A stretch of 64,000 bases of DNA from the human T2T-CHM13v2.0 reference genome, Homo sapiens. The stretch lies in the NCBI RefSeq assembly GCF_009914755.1, contig NC_060938.1; one strand, 5' to 3'. The position numbers and the translations under genes were made by a program. This document shows, piece after piece, positions 11,322 to 26,681 of this stretch (positions are counted from its first letter, which is position 1; every line of letters starts with the position of its first letter). A model generated the notes under the pieces. That model did not search any database. It saw nothing but the letters and a program-made list of their open reading frames with translations, and was not told the origin of the DNA.

Positions 11322-13309
11322 TTTGCACATTGCCTGATTTGTGAAAGTACCCATTGCTTCAAGTGTGAGTGGTGAAATAATTATTGCAAGAACAAATACT
11401 ACTCTTTCACATGTAGGCCGTGCAAAAACCTTAAGAGATTACAAGCGGCTTTATAATATTGGAAATATTTCTTCCATGATTCAGTGCACCCAGTTCTTTG
11501 GGAGAGCAGTACAGCTATTTAAGCAAGTTTATACTAATTTTATGCCTCAGTATAGGATAGAAAGTGATAAAGGCTCTCTTCTCCTAGTAAAACTTCCAAA
11601 ATGATCAAGATAGGAATATTATAATGAATCCAAATTGATTCATTGCTTTTCTAGGGAGCCGGGGCAAAAGAGGTTTTAATAATTACAAGCCTTAAGTGCA
11701 CATTTCTCCAATTTTGCACAAGTTCAGAGTAAGAACAAAGAATATGCATCTGCTTTACTACCAGCATACGTAGAACTGAGTTAATTTTGAGGGCTAATAC
11801 AGGAGAATGCAGTCATATTTAAGCAATATCCAAGCTAAGCATTTAAGAGCTGCCCCTGGTGTGAAGCAGGCCTCAGCTGTGTGAGTTTGGCCAGTTATGC
11901 ACAGCAATCTTCCATGTTGTCATAGAAAAGATATTAGTGTAAAATTTGAAAACACGTACATTTATCAGAATACATGGCAAAAGCAATAAGTTCAATAAAA
12001 ATATTCATAAGAGCATTGTTACTCCCAACTGAATTCAGACTCTCTCAGATATTATAGATTATATCTCTATTCCTTGGTAATTCTGATAGTTATCATTGAG
12101 ACCAATATGTAGTTTTTTTTTTTAATTCAAGTCAAATAAGCTAGAAAACTCTTTGCCTTTTAAGAAATTCAGGTTAATCTGTTAATTATTCCACATTTGG
12201 ACTATTAAAAATATCCAGTCATCCAAGGAGAGGTTTCAAGACGTTAGCCATTTAGAACATTTGGAAGCCGTGCTCAGGAACGTAACTCCACCGGACAACA
12301 TAGACACAGTTGTTTGCATGCACACACGTAGAGGCAAACACACGCGCACACACACACTCCCTGACATACACAATGCAAGACTGAAACAGAAGTTACAAGT
12401 TTGAATTGAATTTTTGTAGTTACATTTTGTAGTCACGACATTGGGCAATTTACCTAATTCTCTGACAACTTCAACACCCTGGAACAATTTTGCTTATGGG
12501 TGTGTATGCATATGCATACATAAATGTGTATGATGATTAAAAAGAGACGGATTGAACAGTGAATTCTGCCTCTGCAAATACATTGCTGTTGTATACAGCT
12601 TTTCTCCTAATATACATGTATAAAGAGAGAATCAAGAACAGGAATGGCTTTCCTGGATTTCAGCTCAGAGTGACATTTTCAGTTATCTTGGTTCCTCAAG
12701 GACATTGTCCTGTTTATTCTTACAGTCCTCCCACCCCTTTGGGGCTAATTCTTTTCTTGATGGTGATAACAAAGCAGTGTTGTTCATAGCCTGTCCTGTC
12801 ATCTACTTTTTCGTTCATTCAGGATATTTATGCTATTGTTTTCGAAGGAACAGAATTGTTAGTGAGTTAAAATGAAAGTTAATCACTTCAAGACTTTACC
12901 CTGCATCCCCTACACCTAAATCCAAAATTTCCATTTATGCATATATTCAATCAAACAACATTACTCAGACACCCATAATGTACACATTTTCTTTTTTTAA
13001 TTTTGTTTATGATGAAAAGTAGGCACAGACTCTGATTCTCAAGGTTCGTGAGAATCTATTGTTTTTATGAAATAGTATTTAATTCTTTTTTTTATTTTAT
13101 TATTATTATACTTTAAGTTTTAGGGTACATGTGCACAATGTGCAGGTTTGTTACATATGTATACATGTGCCATGCTGGTGTGCTGCACCCATTAACTCGT
13201 CATTTAGCATTAGGTATATCTCCTAATGCTATCCCTCCCCCCTCCCCCCACCCCACAACAGTACCCAGAGTGTGATGTTCCCCTTGCTGTATCCATGTGT
13301 TCTCATAGT

Positions 13310-16408
<3,099 letters not shown>

Positions 16409-16471
16409 TATGATGTTAGCTGGTTATTTTGCTCATTAGTTGATGCAGTTTCTTCGTAGTCTTGATGGTCT

Positions 16472-17488
16472 TTACATTTTGGCATGGTTTTGCAGTGGCT
16501 GGTACCAGTTGTTCCTTTCCGTGTTTAGTGCTTCCTTCGGGAGCTCTTTTAGGGCAGGCCTGGTGGTGACAAAATCTCTCAGCATTTGCTTGTCTGTAAA
16601 ATATTTTATTTCTCCTTCACTTATGAAGCTTAGTTTGTCTGGATATGAAATTCTGTGTTGAAAATTCTTTTCTTTAAGAATGTTGAATATTGGCCCCCAC
16701 TCTCTTCTGGCTTGTAGAGTTTCTGCCAAGAGATCCGCTGTTAGTCTGATGGGCTTCCCTTTGTGGGTAACCCGACCTTTCTCTCTGGCTGCCCTTAACA
16801 TTTTTTCCTTCATTTCAATTTTGGTGAATCTGACAATTATGTGTCTTGGAGTTGCTCTTCTCGAGGAGTATCTTTGTGGCGTTCTCTGTATTTCCTGAAT
16901 CTGAACGTTGGCCTGCCTTGCTAGATTGGGGATGTTCTCCTGGATAATATCCTGCAGAGTGTTTTCCAACTTGGTTGCATTCTCCCCATCACTTTCAGGT
17001 ACACCACTCAGACATAGATTTGGTATTTTCACATAGTCCCATATTTCTTGGAGGCTTTGTTGGTTTCTTTTTATTCTTTTTTCTCTAAACTTCCCTTCTC
17101 ACTTCATTTCATTCATTTCATCTTCCATGGCTGATACCCTTTCTTCCATTTGATCACATCGGCTCCTGAGGCTTCTGCATTCTTCATGTAGTTCTCGAGC
17201 CTTAGCTTTCAGCTCCATCAGCTCCTTTAAGCACTTCTCTGTATTGGTTATTCTAGTTATACATTCGTCTAAATTTTTTTCAAAGTTTTTAACTTCTTTG
17301 CCTTTGGTTTGAATTTCCTCCTGTAGCTCGGAGTAGTTTGATCGTCTGAAGCCTTCTTCTCTCAACTCGTCAAAGTCATTATCCGTCCAGCTTTGATCCA
17401 TTGCTGATGAGCAACTGCGTTCCTTTGGAGAAGGAGAGGTGCTCTGCTTTTTAGAGTTTCCAGTTTTTCCGCTCTGTTTTTTCCCCAT
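16472..17488 (-). pseudogene. L1 ORF1p (338 codons) interrupted by one in-frame nonsense codon at codon 130
   Basis: ORF-track pieces 17099..17488 (MGKKQ...EMNEMK*) and 16472..17032 are in the same frame. A TGA replaces the consensus Arg; coiled coil, RRM and CTD (REKGRVT, ARREW) are recognisable. Confidence 0.92.
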
Positions 17489-18456
17489 CTTTGTGGTTTT
17501 ATCTACTTTTGGTCTTTGATGATGGTGATGTACAGATGGGTTTTTGGTGTGGATGTTGTTTTTGTTTGTTAATTTTCTTTCTAACAGACAGGACCCTCAG
17601 CTGCAGGTCTGTTGGAGTTTGCTAGAGGTCCACTCCAGACCCTGTTTGCCTGGGTACCAACAGCGGTGGCTGCAGAAGAGCGGACTTTCATGAACCGCGA
17701 ATGCTGGTGTCTGCTCGTTCCTCTGGAAGTTTTGTCTCAGAGGAGTACCCGGCCGTGTGAGGTGTCAGTCTGCCTCTACTGGGGGGTGCCTCCCAGTTAA
17801 GCTGCTTGGGGTCAGGTGTCAGGGGTCAGGCACCCAGTTGAGGAGGCAGTCTGCCCGTTCTCAGATCTCCAGCTGCGTGCTGGGAGAACCACTGCTCTCT
17901 TCAACTCTGTCAGACAGGGACATTTAAATCTGCAGAGGTTACTGCTGTCTTTTTGTTAGTCTGTGCCCTGCCCCCAGAGGTGGAGCCTACAGAGGCAGGC
18001 AGGCCTCCTTGAGCTGTGGTGGGCTCCACCCAGTTTGAGCTTCCCAGGTGCTTTGTTTACCTAAGCAAGCCTGGGCAATGGTGGGCGCCCCTCCCCCAGC
18101 CTTGCTGCCGCTTGCAGTTTGATCTCAGACTGCTGTGCTAGCAATCAGCAAGACTCCGTGGGGTAGGACCCTCCGAGCCAGGTGGGAGATATAATCTCCT
18201 GGTGCGCTGTTTTTTAAACCCGTCGGAAAAGCGCAGTATTAGGGTGGGAGTGACCCGATTTTCCAGGTGCGGTCTGTTACCCTTTTCTTTGACTAGAAAA
18301 GGGAACTCCCTGACCCCTTGCGCTTCCCACTGACCTGCGCCCACTGTCTGGCACTCCCTAGTGAGATGAACCCGGTACCTCAGATGGAAATGCAGAAATC
18401 ACCCGTCTTCTGTGTCGCTCACCCTGGGAGCTGTAGACCGGAGCTGTTCCTATGCA

Positions 18457-18466
18457 GCCATCTTGG
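18457..18466 (-). promoter_or_regulatory. YY1 site of the L1 sense promoter (CCAAGATGGC)
   Basis: GCCATCTTGG about 10 nt from the L1 5' end, the established YY1 position. Confidence 0.8.
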
Positions 18467-19529
18467 CTGCCACCTCTGAAATGGTATTTAATTCTTATAT
18501 TAAGGAGATTAACAGAACATAGGTGTATACCCATAACTAAATAAGATTAATAATCATTAACAAATAGAGTTCTACAAAAACATAAAGTTCTACAGAAAGT
18601 GGCATAATTATATTTTAAAAATAAGCAGGAGAAATTTGTTTTAGCTGAGCATATTTATAAGGTACAGGAATTAGCTAATCTATGATAACAAGTCTCAATG
18701 CTAATGTTAATGGACATAGACTGGAAACCATTTAAATCATTCCTGTTACTCTACATTCCTGGGTAATTTTGGAAGTAGTCTAGCTGCCAAAAATATGAAA
18801 GTATAAATACATACATCTTAGGGCACATCTAATGCATAGTATATACTGTAAAGCACAACAAACACAAGAATTTCAAATAAAAGTGTTTTGAATGCAATAG
18901 AGTTATAGCTGAATGAGGTGTGGAAGTAGACTGCAAACTATAAGTTCCTCTTTTGAAAATCTAAAATCATGATTTTTAAAATTTGGAATAATCTTTAGAA
19001 CTAAAGAGTTCTAATATTTCTAACAATTTGTAGAAATAAAGTACTGTTAGAAAGGAGTAACACATGGAAATAAATCTCAAATAACTTATTTTTTATTTTA
19101 TGTATAATTTTGTAGCTCTCTGGCTAGTTTCTATACAAGTTTTAACTGTCAGATAAATCACAAAATATTCTTTTTCTTATATATGGAATGTTTTAGGACA
19201 CTTTTTTTATTTTTTCTAAAATAAACTCATAAACTCAGGTTATTTATTCAATCACTCTGTTGTACTTGTTCCAGAAAATTATTCAAGTTTTATTTCTTTA
19301 CTTTTATGTTTCCAAAATATATTCATACAGACTTTTATAGATCTAATAATTAATTATCATGTGCACTGGTGTGTATTGAAACATATGAAATTGTCTAAAA
19401 ATGCAAATGAGGTATAAATTTTTGTGTAGAAGAGTAAAAGTAAAAAAGTAAAAGTATAGTACCACGTAAAAGTCCCCAGCACCTGATTATTTTATTTAAT
19501 ATAAAATTATATAGGGAGGCTATCTACAC

Positions 19530-22480
19530 TAATTTTTTTAAAGAAGATTTTACTTTGGAAAATATATAACATAAAATTTGACATTTTAACCATTTTAACT
19601 GTACAAGCCAATAGTGTAAACTACACTTACAATGCTGTGCAATCATCACCCTCTATTTTAAATATTTCTTAAAAAGCACTTAAAGATTTTTTATGACCTA
19701 AATACAAACTCTATACCCATGTAGCAAATAATACTCATTCCTCCTCTCTCCCTATCTTTAATAGACTCTGATCTACCTTTTTTCTATGATATGCCAATTC
19801 TAGATATGTCATGTAAGTGGAATCATACAATATTTGCCCTCTGATGTCTAATTTATTCCACTTATTGTAATGTCTCCAAGGCTCACCCATGTTGAAGTAT
19901 GCCTCAGATCTTCACCTCCTCTTATGGTATAATGATATTTTATATATCACATTTTGTTTATCCATCATCTTTTGATGAAACTTTCGTTATTTCTACCTTT
20001 GGCCACTGCAAATAATGCTGCAATGCCGCATTGAACATCAGTGTACGGGTATCTGTTTGAGACTGTGTGTTTTCAGTTCTTCTGGTTATATATCTAGCAG
20101 TGGAATTGCTAGGTCATATGATAGTTTTAATTTTGAGTTTTTTGTTACTTTTTTGAGGAAGTGTCAGTGTGTTTTCTACCATAGCTGCACCTTTTTAGAT
20201 TTCTTCGAATAATTTGTGAGGGTGTTAGGGTTTCAATTTCTCCAACTTTTTAATTTTTTTATGGTTTTTGGTTTTGATTTGCATTTTCCTAATAATGAAT
20301 GATATTGAGCATTATTTTATGTGCTTATTGATCATTTGTATATATTCTTTGCAGAAATGTCTACTCAACATTTTTGCCCGTTTTAAAATTGTGTTGACTT
20401 TTGGTAGTTGTTTATATATTCAGGATACCAGTCCTTTATCAGATATATAATTAGCAAATATTTTTTCCCATTTTGTAGATTGTCTTTTTACATTCTTAAT
20501 AATATACTTTGATTAAATTTTTAAAATTTTTATGATTCTGATTGTATTTTTTGCTTTTGTTTCTTGTGCTTTTGGTGTCGTTTTAAGAACCTGTTTCCCA
20601 ATTCAAGGTCACGAAGATTGGCGCCTGTGTTTTCCTCTAAGGGTTGTATAGTTTCAGTGCACAAGACAATGGTGATTATTTTTAGGTAATTGATTTGTTT
20701 AGAGTAAATTTTTGTAGATAGTGTGAGGTAGAGTTCGAACTTTGTTTTTTTGGATGTGAAAATCCAGTTGTCTCAGCTTCATCTGTTGAAGATGCTGTTA
20801 TTTTCTCATTTAATTTGGCAGTCTCATCAAAAATCAATTGGTCAAAGATGTTTGGGTTTATTTGTTGGATCTCTATTGTATCCCATTGGTCTATTTGTCT
20901 ATATTACAGTGTTTTGATTACCGTAGCTTTGTAAGTCTTGAAATCTGGAATTGTGAGTCCACTAACTTTGTTCTTTTTCAAGATTGTTTTGTCTAGTGAA
21001 AGCCCCTGGCAATTTCATATTCATTTGAAGTTTAGATTTTTCATTTTGGCAATAAATCTGTTGGAATTTTTACAGAGATTGTATTGAACCTGTACATTGC
21101 TTTGGGTGGTATTAACATGGCAACAATATTAAAACCTCCAATCTGTGAATGTTGGATGTCTTTCCATTTATTTGTGTCATTTTAATTTTTTTCAACAAGG
21201 TTTTGTTGCTGTTTAGAAACACAGTTGGTTCTATATGTGATCTTGTACCCTTTAACATGGCTGAATGTGTTGATTAGCTCTAGTAGCTTTTTTGTCGATT
21301 CTTTGGGAACTTCTCTATGTAGGATCATGTTATCTGTGAATAGAGACACTTCGCTTCTTCCTTTCCAATTTGGATGCCTTTTATTTCCTTTTCTTTTCTA
21401 ATTTCTCTGGCTAGAATTCCAGTAGAACGTTTAAGAGCAGTGGTGAAAATTGACATCCTTGTCTTGTTATTGATATTAAACGTTTTCATATTTCATGATG
21501 AGTATGATGTAAGCTGTAGATTTTTCATAAATAAGCTTTGTCATGTTAAGGAAGTTCCCTTTCGTTGTTGTTTTCTAGCGTTTTTATCAGAAAGGAGTGT
21601 TGGATTTTATCAAATGCCTATTGGTTTTGATTTATCATATGTGCTTTGTCCTCCTTTACTATATTGTGTTGTATTGTATTCATTGATTTTCGATCTGTAA
21701 TTACCATAGCATTCTTGGGATGAATCTTACTTGGCCATTGTTATTATCCTTTCACTATACTGTTGCACTTCTTTTGCTAGTGTTCTTTTGTAGATTAGTA
21801 TATATATAGCTTTTTCATTTATATATATAATATATAATATACATACATATATAATGACTATTGGTGCAGTTTTATTTATATATATAATATATATAATAAA
21901 TGTTTATGTATATGTATAAAATAGGTATTGGTGCAGTTTTATTTTCATGTGATATCTTCATCTAGCTTTGGTATCAGGACTATTTTGGCCCCATAGAATG
22001 GGTTAAGGACTGTGTCCTCTCTTCTGTTCATTTTCTTAAAGAGTCTGAGAAGAACTGATAACAATTCTCTTTAAGAGTTTGGTAGAACTCCCCAGTGAAG
22101 CCATCTGGTCCTAGCATGTCTTTTTTCAAAGGTTTTGGATTGTAATTCAATGTATTTGTTGTTATAGTCCTGCTGAGATTTTCTATTTTCTCTTGAGTCG
22201 GTTAGGTAATTTTTGTGTTTCTAAGAATTGCTGAATTTCATCTAGGCTATCTAATTTACTAGTGATTTGTAATATTTTCTTATAATTCTTTTTGATTCTT
22301 TAAGGTCAGTTCTATCTATTATTGATTGTGGTGTGCTGAAGTCTCCAACCATTACTGTAGAATTGTCTGTTTGTACCTTTGATTATGTCAATGTTTGCTC
22401 ATTTTGCTCATATTTGTTGTTGTATATGAGTTTACAATTGTTATATTTCTTGATGAAGTGACCCTTTTATATATTTATGT
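19530..22480 (-). mobile_element. Old LINE-1 (L1MB-type) 3'UTR and ORF2 remnant
   Basis: L1MB-like 3' end (CATAAAATTTGACATTTTAACCATT...TGCAATCATCACC), decayed ORF2 antisense motifs, and an EN GDF motif near 22340. Confidence 0.8.
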
Positions 22481-22678
22481 TTTTGGACACAATATTTGTG
22501 TCAGCATATTATTGGGTGATTTTTCTTACCAATTCTACCAATCACTGGATTTTTTTATTTGTTTGATTTTTTTACTCTTGAAAAAATTCCACACAATATT
22601 GTTTATATTTGGCATTTTTCCACATGGTCATATTCTCTTTGGTGAAAACTAGAAGGACTTGGTCTTCCATTCCCTGGT

Positions 22679-22797
22679 CAATCATAAGATGTCTTGGGAT
22701 AGACATAAGATGTCTTAGGATAAATGATAAGATGTCTTAGGATAAATGATAAGATGTCTTAGGATAAGATGTCTTGGGATAAATCATAAGATGTCTC
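22679..22797. repeat. ~22-bp minisatellite, 6 copies of core ATAAGATGTCT
   Basis: Cores start at 22684, 22705, 22727, 22749, 22764 and 22786. Confidence 0.92.
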
Positions 22798-23094
22798 AGT
22801 ACATTGATGTCAATAAGCAACCTCAGAAAACATGAAAGAGGAAAAAAAAATAAACAATGACATATCCAGGACCTCTGCTTTCAAGAGTCCTTGAATACCA
22901 ATAGAGTTTATGTAATCACCAAATTATGAAAAAATACTTTTTAATTAGGACTTTTTAGTAAGTTATATCTTCTATCATTGCAGCTATCAGTAAGCAGGAC
23001 AGAGAAACATTAATAGTGTTGAGATTCAAAACTCAAATTTTACATTTATGTTCAAATATAAAATGTTAACTAGGTATTTTACATTCTGTTTTCA

Positions 23095-25690
23095 TGATGT
23101 CTTCAATCTCTGTTTTTCTGATTGGGGAATTTAATTAATTTAATTTACATTTGAAATAATTACTGATAAGGAAATATTTACTTCTCTCATTTTGCTATGT
23201 GTTTTCTTGTATGTCTTATACCTTGTTTGTCCCTTATTTCCTTCATTATTGCCTTCTTTTGTATTTAGTTAATTTTTGATGATGAATCATTTTTACTCTC
23301 TTTTCATTTCTTCCATGTATATTATATGAATATTTTCTTTGTGTTTATGATGGGAGTTATATTTATCATACTAAATGCATAACAACATAATTTGAATTGA
23401 CTCTGATTAAACTTCTATAGCATACAAAATTTCTACTCCTAAACAGTATAAGCCTTCATTCTATGTTATTATCAAAAGCTACAGCTTCATACCTTGTGCA
23501 TCCAATAACATAAGTTTATAAATATTTGTATGCATTTCTGTTTTACACTTTTTAAATTATACTTTAAGTTCTAGGGTACATAGAATACTGTGTTTTACAC
23601 ATTTTTTAAGAAATACAAATTAGAATGACAAACCAAAAATAAAGTAATGTTAGTTTTTTATAGTTCTGTGTATTTATCTTTACTAAGACCTTTACTTACA
23701 TGATTTTGAAATACTGTAAAGTGTCCTTTCATTTCAATTGGAGGGATTCTCTTTAGCTTTTCCTCTAGGCCAGATCTGATGGTAAAACAGTCTTCCATCC
23801 TCTTTTTTTTTTTTATCTGAGAATTTCTGAATACCTCTCTTAGTTTTAAGTACAATTTTGCTGGATATAGAATTTTTGGTTGACTTTTTAAAATCAAGTA
23901 AGATTCTTTTATGATAAAAGAATTTCAACATTTTTTGCTATTCCCTTGCCTTCTTACCATCATACTTTCTGATTACATTTGGGCTATGAATCTTATTGTA
24001 GATCCCTTGTTAGTGACAAGTTTCTTCTCTCGTTGCTTTCAAGATCCTCTCTTTGCCTTTGGTTTTCAGTGTGTGAAATGTGTCTAAATGTGGGTATAAT
24101 TGAATTTTTCCACCTTGAAGTTTGTTGAGCTTTTTAGACTTTTAGATTCATGTATTTCATTAAAATTGGTAAGTTTGAGAAGTTGAATATTCTTTAAATA
24201 TTATTTCAACCCCCTTTTCTCTGTCTTCTCTGGGACTTAGATAATGCATGTGTTAATCCACTTGATGGTTTTCTAGAGGGCTTTTATGTTCTGTTCACTT
24301 TTCCTCTTTATTTTTTTCTTTTTTAAACCTAGTAACTTAATCTGTCTTATGTTTAAGTCCATGCTGTTTTTCCTCTGCCTGATCAAATCTGTTGTTGAAC
24401 ACCTCTGGTGATTTTTTATTTCAGTTACTATAATTTTACTTCAATAACTTCTGTTGTATTCTCTGTTATAATTTCTGTTTTTACTGATACCATAATTTTT
24501 TCATATATCCTTTTTTGTTTATGTTTTTTGTAGTTCTCTATGTTTTCCCTTAGCTTTTTAAACATATTTAAACAGTTTTTTAAAAATACTTTTCCAGTAT
24601 GTGTGATGCCTGGCTTCCTCTGATACGGTTTATTTCAATTTACTTTTTTTCCTTTTTACTCATTCTTATTACTTTATACATCTTGTTGATTTTTGTTGAA
24701 AATTGGACATTTACATATTATAATATAGTGAATCTGGAAATCAAACTTTATTCCTTCCCTAAAGTTTGCTATATTTTCAATTGTTGAAGTCTGTGCTAGT
24801 CTATTTGTTTAGTTACTTTTGCAAGCTATTCTTGCCAAAACTTTTTTCTTGTTTTTTTGTGACCATTAAAATATCTGTTCATTCAGCTAATGTCTGACTA
24901 ATGTTTTAACAGATATTTCCTTGAACTCTAGGAGCTAAAATAAAGATAAAACAAAGCAAAAATACAAAACATAGCAAATAAAATATTAGAAAATAATTAC
25001 AAAAGAAAAAAGCTTTAGTATTTGGAGATTGTCTCCGTGCTGTGGCATTTTCATCATTTAGCCAGACTTGAACTGAGCCTAGGCATCAGCTCAGGGTGGA
25101 AACACAGAGTTTTCTCTGTTCCTTTATTAACATGTGTCTTGCCTTGATCATGTGCTTGGCTTTATAAATTCCCCTGTATATACAAGTGCTTTTGAATATC
25201 CTGATTTTCCAAAGAATTTCTTCCTAGATCTTAAGCAGTCTACTTTATGTCACAACTGTAATCTTTTACCTCAAGCATCTGTTTGTTTGCCTTGCTGCAT
25301 TTTTGAGCAATACCTGATTCTTTAGCCTGAGATCCAAAACAGAGATGACTGCTTTTCACGATTTCTCCAGGTAGTCCCCAGACACAATAGAACAGACATA
25401 CGCAATAATTTGTGAATAAGGTCCATTTGACTTTCTTCAGAATGAAGGACCAGGATTCTGAACTGGGTACACAGGGTGCTACTGCTTTAAGACTTGTGAA
25501 AGATGGACAAGGAAAGTAAAAATGCCACAAATGCCTTTCTACCATCTTAATTTGCAGTTTTCTTAATTTAGCATCCATATGGTTGAGGTAAATCTTTGAC
25601 TATTTACCAGAGTTCTGTCAAAGTTGGTTCTGACAATTTCTGTGGAATAACAAGAGCTTGGAACTGACGACTCTGCTGATATCACTCTAT
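23095..25690 (-). mobile_element. Old LINE-1 (L1M) ORF2 start, inter-ORF, ORF1 and 5' region; probably the same element as 19530-22480
   Basis: ORF 23658..23897 reads QPKILYPAKL..., similar to the ORF1p C-terminus. ORF2 N-terminal antisense pattern near 23100-23170. Confidence 0.7.
23549..23590 (-). mobile_element. Ultra-short L1PA 3'-end insertion nested in the old L1
   Basis: TTATACTTTAAGTTCTAGGGTACAT (L1PA terminus) between TGTTTTACAC repeats at 23539-23548 and 23591-23600. Confidence 0.75.
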
Positions 25691-26462
25691 ACGGTTTTTG
25701 TTTTCTCTTGATAAGTATCTTGGTAATGGAAAGAAGAAACATTTTGGTCGTGATGGGAACAAGGTTGTTTATAGAATTTTAGAATGTTTTCATCTTAAAA
25801 TGTTTTCAATATCACAAATCTGATTGTCATAATTGTTAAATGAATGAATTTACTTTGAGTTCACTAGCCTTATTTGTTAGGCGTAAATTTGTCATATGTG
25901 TTTCACTTACTTCTTGCCCAAACTATCAATGGCTCCTCTTTTATTTTTTAATGACCCTGATTTTTTAATTCCTCTTTTCATATTTAAAATTCAGTTCCAG
26001 GACCTAGCAACTATCACTTACCTGTGTGTCCTTAACTAACCCATATACCAGGCTTTCTATAATTAGTATATTACTAACTTCTGGAACCTTACTCCAACAA
26101 AGCAGAATTCCAAAATGCCACCTAATCTAATTATCAGTAAATACATTTTTCTCTATCTAGGTTAATAACCATTGTTTATTTGCTCCTATGATGACAGTGC
26201 CTCTTTGATGACTAAAAATTAAAAATGATCACAAAATGTTTAAACTTCAATCCTTTGCAAAAGAATGCATTATTTATCTATATGCATAAATTATTCACAA
26301 ACTTTAGTAAAATAGTTTATGTGTGAATTCATGTACAAGTCAACAATAAATACTCTATGTTGTGGCAGCGTACATGCAGGTCAATTGGGACTCACTAAGT
26401 ATCTATGGATACGTTACTTTAAACTGTTTTTGTTGTTGTTGTTTTTGTTGTTGTTTATTTTT

Positions 26463-26681
26463 TATTTTTATTTTATTATTATTATACTTTAAGTTTTAGG
26501 GTACATGTGCACAATGTGCAGGTTTGTTACATATGTATACATGTGTCATGTTGGTGTACTGCACCCATTAACTCGTCATTTAGCATTAGGTGTATCTCCT
26601 AATGCAATCCCTCCCCCCTACTCCCTCCCCACAACAGTCCCCGGAGCGTGATGTTCCCCTTCCTATGTCCATGTGTTCTCA
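26463..26681 (-). mobile_element. 5'-truncated L1PA3-like 3' end (~220 bp)
   Basis: Near-identical to 13088-13310. Perfect 15-bp TSD TTGTTGTTTATTTTT at 26448-26462 and 26682-26696, followed by AA (TTTT/AA EN site). Confidence 0.93.

Noticed and set aside
11849-11864. Reverse CTCF-like motif GCTGCCCCTGGTGTGA
   Set aside because: It is one base short in the G-run compared with the core consensus and much weaker than the site at 32361.
18078-18122. Intact L1 ORF0 on the + strand
   Set aside because: The ATG is present, but a 1-nt deletion gives MVGAPPPALLPLAV* after 14 codons.
22679-22797. CRISPR-like array
   Set aside because: Repeats are head-to-tail without unique spacers, there are no cas genes, and the context is primate DNA; it is a minisatellite.
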